Positions 10,111-19,346 of a stretch of DNA of 64,000 bases are shown piece after piece (position 1 is the first letter of the stretch; each line of letters begins with the position of its first letter). This DNA is from Lachnospiraceae bacterium (lineage in GTDB: Bacteria; Bacillota; Clostridia; Lachnospirales; Lachnospiraceae). The translations under genes were made by a program, and so were the position numbers. The stretch is from the NCBI GenBank assembly GCA_017428105.1, contig JAFRRM010000003.1, positions 12,861-76,860 on the forward strand, read 5' to 3'. Under the pieces are notes generated by a model. It made no database searches. It was not told where the DNA came from and was given only the letters and a program-made list of their open reading frames with translations.

Positions 10111-10353
10111 ATGGCTGTGAAAATTCGTCTGACCAGACTGGGCAAGAAGAAAGCCCCCACCTATCGTGTCATCGTCGCCGATGAAAGAGCGCCCCGCGAC
10201 GGCCGCTTCATCGAAGAGCTGGGCTACTATGATCCCACCCAGGATCCCAGCGTCGTGAAGATCGATACCGAAAGAGCGCAGGAGTGGATCAAAAACGGCG
10301 CCAAGCCTACCGATACGGTCGCCAAACTGCTGAAGATCGCCGGTCTGGAATAA
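10111..10353 (+). CDS. rpsP: 30S ribosomal protein S16
   Basis: [24 protein letters not shown] is a canonical bS16 N-terminus. 80 aa. Confidence 0.95.
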   Translation: MAVKIRLTRLGKKKAPTYRVIVADERAPRDGRFIEELGYYDPTQDPSVVKIDTERAQEWIKNGAKPTDTVAKLLKIAGLE

Positions 10354-10368
10354 GAATCGGGGTGCGTA

Positions 10369-10596
10369 ATGAAAGAAATGATTGAAGTGATCGCCAAGGC
10401 ACTGGTGACCAATCCCGATGCCGTGACGGTCACCGAGACCGTGACAGAACGGGAGACCGTTCTGACCCTGCATGTGGACCCCGCCGACATGGGCAAAGTC
10501 ATCGGCAAGCAGGGACGCATCGCCAAGGCCATCCGCACCGTGCTGAAGGCCAAAGCCATCCGGGATGACGTGCGCGTCAGCCTGGACATCGAGTAA
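10369..10596 (+). CDS. KH-domain RNA-binding protein (YlqC family)
   Basis: 75 aa with a GKVIGKQGRIAKAIR GxxG KH motif, in the conserved position between rpsP and rimM. Confidence 0.85.
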   Translation: MKEMIEVIAKALVTNPDAVTVTETVTERETVLTLHVDPADMGKVIGKQGRIAKAIRTVLKAKAIRDDVRVSLDIE

Positions 10597-10613
10597 GAAG
10601 CGGGCGCCCGCCT

Positions 10614-11135
10614 ATGGAATCCCGATTCCGCATCGGAATTTTTACCTCGACCCACGGGATCCGCGGAGAGATCAAAGTCTATCCCACCACGGACTCGCCT
10701 GACCGCTTTGCCCTTCTGAAGGAAGTGATCCTGGAGACGAAGGATGGCGACCTGCCCCTCACGGTCGAGAAGGCCCGCCCGGCCAAAGGGATGGTCATCC
10801 TGAAGTTCAAAGGCATTGATAATATCAATGACATCGAGCGCTTCAAGGGGGCCTCTCTTTTCGTGACCCGTGAAAACGCCGCCCCGCTGGAAGAAGGCAG
10901 TTTTTACATCGCGGACCTGCTGGGCTGCCGTGTGGAAACGGAAGACGGGCGGACGCTGGGCGTGCTGCGCGACGTCCTGCCCACCGGGGCCAACGACGTG
11001 TTCGTCGTGAAGGATCCCGACAGGAAAGACCGCAAGGAGCTGCTTCTGCCGAACATCCGGGACTGCGTGCTCCGGATCGATCCGGAAGCCCGCCTGATCA
11101 CCGTCCGTCTGATGGACGGCCTGGAGGATCTGTGA
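10614..11135 (+). CDS. rimM: 16S rRNA processing protein RimM
   Basis: GIRGEIKVYPTTD N-terminal barrel and PRC-barrel C-terminus, in the conserved operon position. Confidence 0.9.
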   Translation: MESRFRIGIFTSTHGIRGEIKVYPTTDSPDRFALLKEVILETKDGDLPLTVEKARPAKGMVILKFKGIDNINDIERFKGASLFVTRENAAPLEEGSFYIADLLGCRVETEDGRTLGVLRDVLPTGANDVFVVKDPDRKDRKELLLPNIRDCVLRIDPEARLITVRLMDGLEDL

Positions 11136-11881
11136 TGCGCTTTACCGTACTGACCCTGTTCCCGGAACTGGTGGAGACGGGCTTTCATACCAGCATTACC
11201 GGACGCGCCGCGGAGAAAGGCCTGCTGTCCCTGCGCTGCATCAATTTCCGGCAGTATTCGGACGGCGGGAACGGGTATGTGGACGATTACCCCTACGGCG
11301 GCGGCGCCGGCATGGTGCTGCAGGCCCCGCCCATCTACCGCGCCTATCGGGAGGCGGTGGGCGAAGGTCCCCGGCCCCGGCTCGTGTACATGACGCCGCA
11401 GGGCCGCGTGCTGGACCAGGCGCTGGCGAAAGAACTAGCGCGGGAAGAGGAGCTTTACATCCTCTGCGGCCATTACGAAGGCGTGGACGAGCGGGTCCTG
11501 GAGGAGATCGCCACGGACCGCGTCTCCATCGGGGATTACGTGCTGACGGGCGGCGAACTGCCCGCGCTCGTGCTGATGGACGCAGTGTCCCGCATGGTCC
11601 CCGGCGTCCTGAGCAACCATGAATCCGCCGGCGACGAGTCCTTCATGAACGGCCTGCTCGAATATCCCCAGTATACGCGTCCGGAGGTCTTCCTGGGCCG
11701 CCCGGTCCCGGAGATCCTCAAGTCCGGCCATCACGCCAACATCGCCCGCTGGCGGCGGAACGAATCCCTGCGGCGGACGAAGGAGGTGCGGCCGGATCTG
11801 CTGGAGGCCGCGGAACTGGACAGAAATGACCGGGAATTCCTGGCGGATCTGGAAGCGGAGCAGGAGACGGCGCGGAAGTAA
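11135..11881 (+). CDS. trmD: tRNA (guanine37-N1)-methyltransferase
   Basis: MRFTVLTLFPE.., YGGGAGMV and GHYEGVDERV motifs. The ATG overlaps the rimM TGA. The track's GTG at 11132 is also possible. Confidence 0.9.
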   Translation: MRFTVLTLFPELVETGFHTSITGRAAEKGLLSLRCINFRQYSDGGNGYVDDYPYGGGAGMVLQAPPIYRAYREAVGEGPRPRLVYMTPQGRVLDQALAKELAREEELYILCGHYEGVDERVLEEIATDRVSIGDYVLTGGELPALVLMDAVSRMVPGVLSNHESAGDESFMNGLLEYPQYTRPEVFLGRPVPEILKSGHHANIARWRRNESLRRTKEVRPDLLEAAELDRNDREFLADLEAEQETARK

Positions 11882-11909
11882 AAATCTTTCCGTCTCAGCA
11901 AAAAAAGGC

Positions 11910-11937
11910 TTGCAATTTCAGCAAACCGTGCTATTAT
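11910..11937 (+). promoter_or_regulatory. Candidate sigma-A promoter for rplS
   Basis: TTGCAA (11910-11915), 16-nt spacer, TGcTATTAT (11929-11937). Confidence 0.5.
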
Positions 11938-11944
11938 ATTAGTC

Positions 11945-12014
11945 GTGTCGCATTAAAAGGAGCGGTCCGCTGTCGCCTCGGGCGTTATGAACGACCTGTT
12001 TACTAGGAGGAAAT
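11945..12014 (+). promoter_or_regulatory. rplS 5' leader, possibly an L19-type autoregulatory leader
   Basis: About 70-nt GC-rich leader between the predicted promoter and the AGGAGG RBS. GTCGT (11942-11946) can pair with ACGAC (11991-11995). A 10-nt copy of the start region, TATGAACGAC, sits at 11986-11995. The structure has not been verified. Confidence 0.25.
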
Positions 12015-12362
12015 ATGAACGACATCATCAAGAAAATCGAAGACGCTCAGCTGAAAGAAGGCGTCGGCAATTTCCGGGTCGGCGATACGGTCCGCGTATA
12101 CGCCAAGATCAAAGAAGGAAACCGGGAACGTATCCAGATGTTCGAAGGCATCGTGATGAAGCGCCAGAACGGCAGCAGCCGCGAGACTTTTACGGTCCGT
12201 AAGATCTCCGGCGGCGTCGGCGTCGAAAAGACCTGGCCCCTGCACACCCCGCTGATCGAGAGAGTGGAAGTCGTGCGCCGCGGTAAAGTCCGCCGTGCCA
12301 AACTGAACTACCTGCGCGACCGCGTCGGCAAAGCCGCCAAGGTCAAGGAAGCTTCCCGCTGA
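12015..12362 (+). CDS. rplS: 50S ribosomal protein L19
   Basis: Canonical bL19 sequence (..[28 protein letters not shown]..). 115 aa, with AGGAGG 7 nt upstream. Confidence 0.95.
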   Translation: MNDIIKKIEDAQLKEGVGNFRVGDTVRVYAKIKEGNRERIQMFEGIVMKRQNGSSRETFTVRKISGGVGVEKTWPLHTPLIERVEVVRRGKVRRAKLNYLRDRVGKAAKVKEASR

Positions 12363-12373
12363 TCCCAGAAAGA

Positions 12374-12400
12374 GAGACGGCCCCCGGCCGCCTCTTTTTT
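12374..12400 (+). terminator. Intrinsic terminator after rplS
   Basis: GAGACGGCC / GGCCGCCTC stem (one mismatch), 3-nt loop, then TTTTTTATT. Confidence 0.75.
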
Positions 12401-12560
12401 ATTCTGTTTTTCCCTTTTCTTTTCCGTTATCTTATGTTATAATTTTTTGGCATCTTACGATGTCATGAACAGAAAAACGCAGTCGCGGCAGAGCGGCTGC
12501 GGGATCATTGACGGGAGAACGGCATGCCTGACGGAAAACGGGCTTCATTTCGGATAGAAC

Positions 12561-12992
12561 ATGAACAAAGATAATCTCAAGGAATTTCTGCGCTACGTCC
12601 TCATCGGCGGCGTTTCCGCGCTGATCGACATGGGCGTTAATTATGTGACGCTGTATTATATTTTTCACGCCACCAAGAACGATAAGCTGCCCGTCGCCGT
12701 TTCCGTGACGGCCGGTTTCATCGTGGGCCTGGTGGTCAATTACATTCTGTCCAACGTCTTCGTGTTCCGCAAGCCGGAGCAGAAGGAGAAAGGAAAGACG
12801 GTAGGCGCGTTCCTGATCTACGCCGCGGTGGGGATCATCGGATATTTCCTGACCGTCGGCCTGACGCTGCTGGGCACGCGCTTCATCGGAGAGGAAGGGA
12901 TCTGGTACCTCCTCATGACGGCGGTCGTGAAGGGGATCGTGCTGGTCTGGAATTACCTGGGCCGCAAAATATTCGTATACCGGGGGAAATGA
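12561..12992 (+). CDS. GtrA-family membrane protein (putative lipid-linked sugar translocase)
   Basis: 143 aa with 4 predicted TM helices, an N-terminal [16 protein letters not shown] and a C-terminal [12 protein letters not shown] signature typical of GtrA-like proteins. Confidence 0.75.
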   Translation: MNKDNLKEFLRYVLIGGVSALIDMGVNYVTLYYIFHATKNDKLPVAVSVTAGFIVGLVVNYILSNVFVFRKPEQKEKGKTVGAFLIYAAVGIIGYFLTVGLTLLGTRFIGEEGIWYLLMTAVVKGIVLVWNYLGRKIFVYRGK

Positions 12993-12993
12993 C

Positions 12994-14559
12994 ATGGCTG
13001 ACAAACAAGTGATCATCATCGGCGCCGGCCCGGCCGGCCTGACCGCTGCGTATAAGCTGCTGAAGGAAACGGACTATGTCCCGCTCATCCTGGAGGAAGA
13101 GAACTTTGTGGGCGGCATTTCCCGCACCGCGGAATACAAAGGCAACCGCATGGACATCGGCGGCCACCGGTTCTTTACCAAGAATGAGGAGGTCAACGCC
13201 CTGTGGCAGGAACTGATGCCCATGCAGGGCCGGCCCGCCCGCGATGACAAGGTGATCGGATCTGAAGAGAAGGAATTCCTCCCCGGCGGTCCGGATCCCG
13301 AGACCGAGGACCGCGTCATGCTGATCCGCCGGCGTGTTTCCCGCATTTTCTTCCTGAAGAAATTTTTCGACTATCCCATTTCCCTGAAGGCATCCACCTT
13401 TAAGAACATGGGCTTCAAGCGCACCATGAAGGCCGGCTTCGGCTACATTGGCTCCGCCGTGCACAAAAGAGAAGAGGACTCCCTGCGGAATTTCTACATC
13501 AACCGCTTTGGCAAGCCGCTGTATGAGATGTTCTTTGAAGACTATACGACAAAAGTCTGGGGCCGCGATCCGAAAGACATTTCCGCGGACTGGGGCGCGC
13601 AGCGCGTGAAGGGGCTGTCCCTGACGAAAGCGGTCTGGAACGTCGTGAGCAAGCCGTTCCGCAGGAAGGATTCCGCCACGGAGACCTCCCTGATCGAACA
13701 GTATCTGTACCCGAAGAAGGGGCCGGGCCAGCTGTATGAAGTGATGGCGGATGAAGTGCGGCGCATGGGCGGCCGGATCATTTTCAATGCGAAGGTGAAA
13801 GGGATCCGGGTGGAAAACAGTCTTGTTGCGGAAGTTACGGCCGACGTGAACGGCGAAGAACAGCGCTTCACCGGATGCGAATATTTCTCCACGATGCCCG
13901 TGAAGGATCTGGTGGCCGGCATGGGCGATGCGGCGCCGCAGAAGGTGCGGGAGATCGCCGCCGGCCTGCCGTACCGCGATTTTGTGACGGTCGGCCTGCT
14001 TGTGGACAGACTGAAGATCAGGAACGAAACAAAGATGAAGACTGTTGGCAACATCGTCCCCGACTGCTGGATCTACATCCAGGACCGCGAGGTCAAGCTG
14101 GGCCGTCTGCAGATCTTCAACAACTGGTCGCCGTACCTGGTGTCGGATCCTTCCAAGGTCTGGATCGGCCTGGAATATTTCTGCAACGAAGGCGACGGGC
14201 TGTGGTCGATGGCGGATGACGAATTCATCCGCTTTGCGAAGGCCGAGCTGGCGTCCATCGGCGTGATCGACGAGGCAGACGTGCGCGACGCCGTGCGTAT
14301 CCGCGTCAAGAAGGCGTACCCGGCCTATTTCGACACCTATTCCGAATTCGACACCGTGAAGGAATTCCTCTCCGGCATCGGCAACCTGTGGTGCATCGGG
14401 CGCAACGGACAGCACAAATACAATAACATGGACCACTCCATGCTGACCGCCATGGAAGCGGTGCGCACCATTCAGAGCGGCGCGCGCGACAAAAAGGCGG
14501 TCTGGGAAGTGAATACCGAGAAAGAATACCACGAGGAGAAGAGCGCAAAAAATGGCTGA
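12994..14559 (+). CDS. FAD/NAD(P)-binding oxidoreductase of the UDP-galactopyranose-mutase/amine-oxidase superfamily
   Basis: N-terminal Rossmann motif [24 protein letters not shown]. The C-terminal [15 protein letters not shown] resembles, from memory, the GRLxxYxYxNMD motif of Glf/UGM enzymes. The start is 1 nt after the GtrA stop. Confidence 0.65.
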   Translation: MADKQVIIIGAGPAGLTAAYKLLKETDYVPLILEEENFVGGISRTAEYKGNRMDIGGHRFFTKNEEVNALWQELMPMQGRPARDDKVIGSEEKEFLPGGPDPETEDRVMLIRRRVSRIFFLKKFFDYPISLKASTFKNMGFKRTMKAGFGYIGSAVHKREEDSLRNFYINRFGKPLYEMFFEDYTTKVWGRDPKDISADWGAQRVKGLSLTKAVWNVVSKPFRRKDSATETSLIEQYLYPKKGPGQLYEVMADEVRRMGGRIIFNAKVKGIRVENSLVAEVTADVNGEEQRFTGCEYFSTMPVKDLVAGMGDAAPQKVREIAAGLPYRDFVTVGLLVDRLKIRNETKMKTVGNIVPDCWIYIQDREVKLGRLQIFNNWSPYLVSDPSKVWIGLEYFCNEGDGLWSMADDEFIRFAKAELASIGVIDEADVRDAVRIRVKKAYPAYFDTYSEFDTVKEFLSGIGNLWCIGRNGQHKYNNMDHSMLTAMEAVRTIQSGARDKKAVWEVNTEKEYHEEKSAKNG

Positions 14560-16204
14560 GCCGACGAAACGTTCCGTCCGGATCCGGGAGTTCCTCCCCC
14601 TGCTGACCCTTCTGCCGGGTCTCCTTGTGATCCTTTATTATATCCTGGGACCGGCTTCCGGCTACATGACCTCGGACTGCACGGACTCGATCCGCTGGGC
14701 GCAGGCCACATATGAATCCGGCCATCTGATCTCAAAGGAATTCAGTTACGCGGCGGTGCAGCCGTTCGGCGGAAACCTGATCTTCCTGCCCTTCGTGGCG
14801 ATGTTCGGATATACCATGACGGCGCAGATCGCCGGACTGACGCTGTTCGCGCTGCTGTTTCTCTTCGCCCTGTATTATCTGGCGCGCGGCCTGGGATTCG
14901 ACCGGCTGTTCAGCGGTCTTTTCGTCAGCGTGACCGTGCTGCTGCTGTCTTCCAGCCCCAAACTGCGGGAGATCATCTGGGAGCACATTTTCTATTACAA
15001 TCTGGGCATTCTGTTCTTCTGCGTTGGCTTCGGCCTGGCGCTGCGGCTGCTGAGGGACGAAGGACACCGGAAAGGATTTTCCGAATACAAGGTCCGCGAC
15101 TGGATCCGGCTGGCTCTGCTGGTCGTATTCTGCTTCCTTGCCGCCACGGACGGTCTGCAGACGCTGGTCTGCCTGACGCTGCCGGTCATCGGCGCTTACT
15201 GTCTGGAGTATTTCATCTATGACAGGCCGAAGACCTCGCTGCGGGAAAATATGGGCCTGTCCGCCGTCCTGCTCCTGGTCCTGTTCTGGTCCGTGCTGGG
15301 ATTCGCGATGATCCCCGTCTTCACGCGCGGTGTGGAAGCGGGCTACGCGAATGCCTATTCCACCTACAGCCCCATGAATGAGTGGAAGGACAATTTCCTC
15401 GGACTTTTCCACAACTGGCTGACGCTGTTCGGCGTGTCCGTGGCGAAAGGCGATCCACTCGTCAGTGCGGATTCCGTGATCAACATGATGCGGATCGGCG
15501 GCGCGCTGCTGCTCCTGTTCGGCCCGTTCGTGCTGCTGGCGCGGTATGACAAACAGGAAGACCGCGGACTGCGGCTGATGATCGGCGGGCACCTCTTCGT
15601 CTCGGCTTTCATCATTTTCGCGTCCGTGTTCGGCAGCCTGGGCAAGGCCAACTGGCGCCTGACCCCGATGCTGGGGTCCGCGGTCCTGGTCATGCTGACC
15701 TGGAGCCTGAAGCATCTGGAGCAGACGGACCGCAGACGGATCGGCGCGGTCTTTACGGCATTTTTCCTCGGCGTCGCCTCGCTCTCGGCAGTGACCATCA
15801 TGAAAATGCCGGCCCGCTACGGGGAAAACAATTCCTGGCACGTCGCGGCCCGCGAACTCGAAGCACGCGGCCTGACGTACGGCTACGGTAACTTCTGGTG
15901 GTCCGAGCTGATCACGCTGGTCTCCGGCAACAAGGTCCAGATGGCCAACATCAACGAATCCAAAGGCAAACCGGTCAAAAACGATTATCAGCTCCCTTCC
16001 GGCAATTACGGAGAACGGACGGAGGAAAAGTACTTCCTGCTGCTTACGGAATCGGATCAGAAGAAGATGGAAGACTGGGTGGCCAGACAGAAGAAGGAAG
16101 GCGCCGTCCTTGATGAATTCACCATCGAATCCGATCCATATTCGGTCGGCGGGTTCGCGGGGACCAAAGTCATCGTGTACGTCTTCAACAGGAATATCTT
16201 TTAG
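14552..16204 (+). CDS. Polytopic membrane protein, GT-C-like architecture (putative glycosyltransferase)
   Basis: 550 aa with about 11 hydrophobic helices and a ~130-aa hydrophilic C-terminal domain. The first extracytoplasmic loop carries an acidic motif ([12 protein letters not shown]). 8-nt overlap with the upstream flavoprotein gene. Coding is confident; the function is inferred. Confidence 0.5.
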   Translation: MAEPTKRSVRIREFLPLLTLLPGLLVILYYILGPASGYMTSDCTDSIRWAQATYESGHLISKEFSYAAVQPFGGNLIFLPFVAMFGYTMTAQIAGLTLFALLFLFALYYLARGLGFDRLFSGLFVSVTVLLLSSSPKLREIIWEHIFYYNLGILFFCVGFGLALRLLRDEGHRKGFSEYKVRDWIRLALLVVFCFLAATDGLQTLVCLTLPVIGAYCLEYFIYDRPKTSLRENMGLSAVLLLVLFWSVLGFAMIPVFTRGVEAGYANAYSTYSPMNEWKDNFLGLFHNWLTLFGVSVAKGDPLVSADSVINMMRIGGALLLLFGPFVLLARYDKQEDRGLRLMIGGHLFVSAFIIFASVFGSLGKANWRLTPMLGSAVLVMLTWSLKHLEQTDRRRIGAVFTAFFLGVASLSAVTIMKMPARYGENNSWHVAARELEARGLTYGYGNFWWSELITLVSGNKVQMANINESKGKPVKNDYQLPSGNYGERTEEKYFLLLTESDQKKMEDWVARQKKEGAVLDEFTIESDPYSVGGFAGTKVIVYVFNRNIF

Positions 16205-16228
16205 CACAGAGGAAAGGCATCGGCATTT

Positions 16229-16789
16229 ATGGCGAAACGGCGCGATTATGACGTGATCACGGCGGGGGATCTGATCAAACGGATCTCTGTTTGGGTCGTG
16301 GACGTCATCCTGGTCGTCGCCCTGGCGCTGTCGCTGGTCTATCTGTTCGGCACGCGGGTCCACATGGAAGGCAGTTCCATGACGCCCACGCTGTCCAACG
16401 GGGACCGGCTGCTTCTCAACCGCTCCAAGGGAAAGATCCTTCCCATCAACCGCTTTGACATCCTGGCGTATCAGCTTCCGGGCCAGGAAGGCGTCTTTCT
16501 GAAACGGGTCCTGGCGCTTCCGGGCGAAACGCTGCTGATCCGGGAAGGCAAAGTCTACATCGACCAGAAAGAACTGCCGGAAAATGAATATACCCGCTCT
16601 CTGTCCTACGCCGGCGTGGCGCAGACGCCGCTGACGCTGGCGGAAGGAGAGTATTTCGTGGTGGGGGAGAATGCGGACGCTTCGCTTGACAGCCGTTTCA
16701 GCGACGTGGGGAACATTCTTTCCCGGAACATCCTCGGAACGGTCTGGCTGCGCTATGCCCCGTTCCGGGACCTTCGATTCCTGCCTTGA
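16229..16789 (+). CDS. lepB: Signal peptidase I
   Basis: S26 motifs GSSMTPTL (catalytic Ser), LKRVLALPGE (Lys) and GENADASLDSR, with an N-terminal TM anchor. Confidence 0.85.
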   Translation: MAKRRDYDVITAGDLIKRISVWVVDVILVVALALSLVYLFGTRVHMEGSSMTPTLSNGDRLLLNRSKGKILPINRFDILAYQLPGQEGVFLKRVLALPGETLLIREGKVYIDQKELPENEYTRSLSYAGVAQTPLTLAEGEYFVVGENADASLDSRFSDVGNILSRNILGTVWLRYAPFRDLRFLP

Positions 16790-16800
16790 GGGGAACGGTC

Positions 16801-17658
16801 ATGAGCATGAATCTGCAATGGTATCCCGGTCATATGACCAAAGCCAGACGGGCCATGGAAGAAAGCATAAAGCTGGTGGACCTGATCGTGGAGATCCGCG
16901 ATGCCCGCGTCCCGTATTCCAGTGCCAATCCGGACCTGGCGGGCCTGGGCCGCGGCAAGAAACGCATCCTGGTCCTGAATAAAGCCGATCTGGCTGATCC
17001 GCGGGAAACGGACCGGTGGACGGAGCACTTCCGGAATCAGGAGATCATCCCGCTGGCCATGGACGCCCGCAAGCGCGGCGACTGTACGGACATCCTGCGT
17101 CTGCTGGACCGGCTGGCTGCCGAAAAGAAGGAAAAAGATCTGAAGCGCGGGATCAAAAACCGTCCGGCGCGGCTGATGATCGCCGGCATTCCCAACGTGG
17201 GAAAATCCACGCTGATCAACTCCCTGGCCGGCCGGGCCAGCGCCAAGACGGGGGACAGGCCCGGCGTGACGCGCGGGCTGCAGTGGATCCGACTGAACGC
17301 CTCGCTGGAGCTGCTGGACACGCCCGGCATCCTCTGGCCGCGCTTCGAGGACGAATCGGTGGGTCTCAAACTCGCGCTGATGGGCGCCATCCGCGAAGAA
17401 GTGCTGCCGGCCGAAGAACTGGCCCTGGAGGGCATGAAACTTCTGAAAGAGCGTTATCCGCTGGCCCTGACGGACAAATACGGCCTGTCGGAGGAATATG
17501 CCCCCGCCTGGCTGACGGAACTGGCCAGCAGCCAGGGCCTCCTGCAGAAAGGCGGCGAACCGGATACGCTGCGCGCGGCCGGCCGCTTTCTGGACGACCT
17601 GAAAAAAGGCCGGCTGGGGCGTGTCACGCTGGAATCGCCGGCGCCGGGAGAGGAATAA
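16801..17658 (+). CDS. rbgA: Ribosome biogenesis GTPase A (YlqF)
   Basis: MNLQWYPGHMTKA N-terminus and circularly permuted G motifs LNKADL then GIPNVGKST. ATG 16801 follows GAGGGG. The track's TTG at 16786 is unlikely. Confidence 0.9.
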   Translation: MSMNLQWYPGHMTKARRAMEESIKLVDLIVEIRDARVPYSSANPDLAGLGRGKKRILVLNKADLADPRETDRWTEHFRNQEIIPLAMDARKRGDCTDILRLLDRLAAEKKEKDLKRGIKNRPARLMIAGIPNVGKSTLINSLAGRASAKTGDRPGVTRGLQWIRLNASLELLDTPGILWPRFEDESVGLKLALMGAIREEVLPAEELALEGMKLLKERYPLALTDKYGLSEEYAPAWLTELASSQGLLQKGGEPDTLRAAGRFLDDLKKGRLGRVTLESPAPGEE

Positions 17659-17659
17659 C

Positions 17660-18253
17660 ATGGCATTCTGGAACAACAAAAAAGAACCCGAACCCGTCAA
17701 AGTGCCTAAGGAGCCCGCTCTGTGGAAGGATATCCTGACCACGCTGTTCCATCTGGCTCTGCTGGTGGGCTTCGTCGTCTTCTTCCTGACCTGCATCGGC
17801 CAGCGCGTCGCCGTGGACGGCAGTTCCATGGAAGATACGCTGCACAACGGGGATCAGCTGATCGTGGACTGCTTCACGTACCGCTTCGTGCATGAGCCGC
17901 GGCGCCAGGATATCGTGGTGTTCCGACTGAAGGACGAGCCGGAAACTTTTTACGTTAAACGGATCATCGGTCTGCCCGGTGAAACGGTGCAGATCAAAAA
18001 GTCCGTGATCTACATTAACGGAGAGCCTATCGAAGATCCTTACGCCACGCAGAAAACTTTCCCGGCGGGAGCAGCCGAGAAGGCGATCACGCTCGGAGAA
18101 AACGAGTATTTCGTGATGGGCGACAACCGCAACAACAGTCAGGACTCGCGCTATGCCGTGGGGCCTGTCGACCGCAGCCAGTTCATCGGCCGCGCATGGC
18201 TTCGCGTCTGGCCGTTCCAAACGCGCACCAACCTGCTTCCGGAGGGGGATTGA
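17660..18253 (+). CDS. lepB: Signal peptidase I (second paralogue)
   Basis: [18 protein letters not shown] and [11 protein letters not shown] motifs. ATG 17660 follows GGAGAGGA and the rbgA stop. Confidence 0.85.
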   Translation: MAFWNNKKEPEPVKVPKEPALWKDILTTLFHLALLVGFVVFFLTCIGQRVAVDGSSMEDTLHNGDQLIVDCFTYRFVHEPRRQDIVVFRLKDEPETFYVKRIIGLPGETVQIKKSVIYINGEPIEDPYATQKTFPAGAAEKAITLGENEYFVMGDNRNNSQDSRYAVGPVDRSQFIGRAWLRVWPFQTRTNLLPEGD

Positions 18254-18254
18254 G

Positions 18255-18887
18255 ATGGCGCGGCTGACCCTGGAGCAGGAACGCGCGCGGCTGGCGTCCC
18301 TGAGCGTTTTCGAACAGGAATACGCCGCATTCGCCCCGATCGCGGGGATCGACGAAGCCGGACGGGGCCCGCTGGCCGGCCCTGTGGCCGCGGCCGCCGT
18401 GATCCTGGATCCCGCGCAGGAGATCCTGTATATCAATGATTCCAAAAAGCTCTCGGAAGCCCGGCGGGAGATGCTGTACGGCGAGATCATGGAAAAAGCG
18501 CTGAGTGTAGGCGTCGGGCTGGTCTCCGCCGCCCGGATCGACGAGATCAACATCCTTCAGGCAACGTATGAAGCCATGCGTCTGGCTGTCGCACAGCTGG
18601 ACCCGGTCCCGGGCATCCTGCTCGTGGATGCGGTCACGATCCCCCAAGTAACGGTCCGCCAGGTCCCCATCATCAAGGGCGACGCCAAAAGCCTGTCGAT
18701 CGGCGCCGCCAGCATCATCGCCAAAGTGACCCGGGACCGGATCTTAAAAGATATGGACCGCACCTATCCGGAATACGGCTTTGCCCAGCATAAAGGATAC
18801 GGAACGGCCGCTCATATCGAAGCGATCCGGAAATTCGGCCCCTGTCCGGAACACCGCCGGAGCTTCATCCGCAATTTTATTTCCTGA
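18255..18887 (+). CDS. rnhB: Ribonuclease HII
   Basis: [14 protein letters not shown] and NDSKKL motifs. The ATG is 1 nt after the lepB stop. Confidence 0.9.
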   Translation: MARLTLEQERARLASLSVFEQEYAAFAPIAGIDEAGRGPLAGPVAAAAVILDPAQEILYINDSKKLSEARREMLYGEIMEKALSVGVGLVSAARIDEINILQATYEAMRLAVAQLDPVPGILLVDAVTIPQVTVRQVPIIKGDAKSLSIGAASIIAKVTRDRILKDMDRTYPEYGFAQHKGYGTAAHIEAIRKFGPCPEHRRSFIRNFIS

Positions 18888-18932
18888 CCGGAGCCATCCG
18901 CCATCCATCCTCTTTCACACAAAAGATAAAAA

Positions 18933-19289
18933 ATGAATAAACGGGAAGTCGGCACCTGCTATGAAGAGCAGGCTGCCGTTTATTTGCAGCACATCGGCAT
19001 GGAACTTCTGTGGCGCAATTTCCGCTGCCATATCGGGGAGATAGACCTCATTCTCCGGGATGGGGATACGCTGGTGTTTACAGAAGTAAAATACCGCCGT
19101 ACGGAAGATTACGGGCGCGGGGAAGTACATGTGGACAAACGGAAGCAGCGGACCATCTTCCGGGTGGCGGAGGAGTTCCTGATCCGCTCTTTCCCGGACG
19201 GGAACTGCCCGGCGTGCCGCTTTGACGTCGTCGCCATTGACGGGGACGGAGCGGTCGTGCATTACCCGGACGCCTTCTGGCGGGAATGA
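18933..19289 (+). CDS. yraN: YraN-family endonuclease (UPF0102)
   Basis: 118 aa with GEIDLI..LVFTEVKYR, a restriction-endonuclease-like core. It sits in the conserved position after rnhB. Confidence 0.8.
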   Translation: MNKREVGTCYEEQAAVYLQHIGMELLWRNFRCHIGEIDLILRDGDTLVFTEVKYRRTEDYGRGEVHVDKRKQRTIFRVAEEFLIRSFPDGNCPACRFDVVAIDGDGAVVHYPDAFWRE

Positions 19290-19311
19290 AAAAGGGCGCC
19301 TGAAGGCGCCC
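19289..19311 (-). terminator. Intrinsic terminator of the prs-like gene
   Basis: GGGCGCC-TTCA-GGCGCCC hairpin, followed on the minus strand by TTTTT. Confidence 0.7.
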
Positions 19312-19346
19312 GCCGAGTGCTCAGGAATGAAGCGGCGAAGGCCCCG

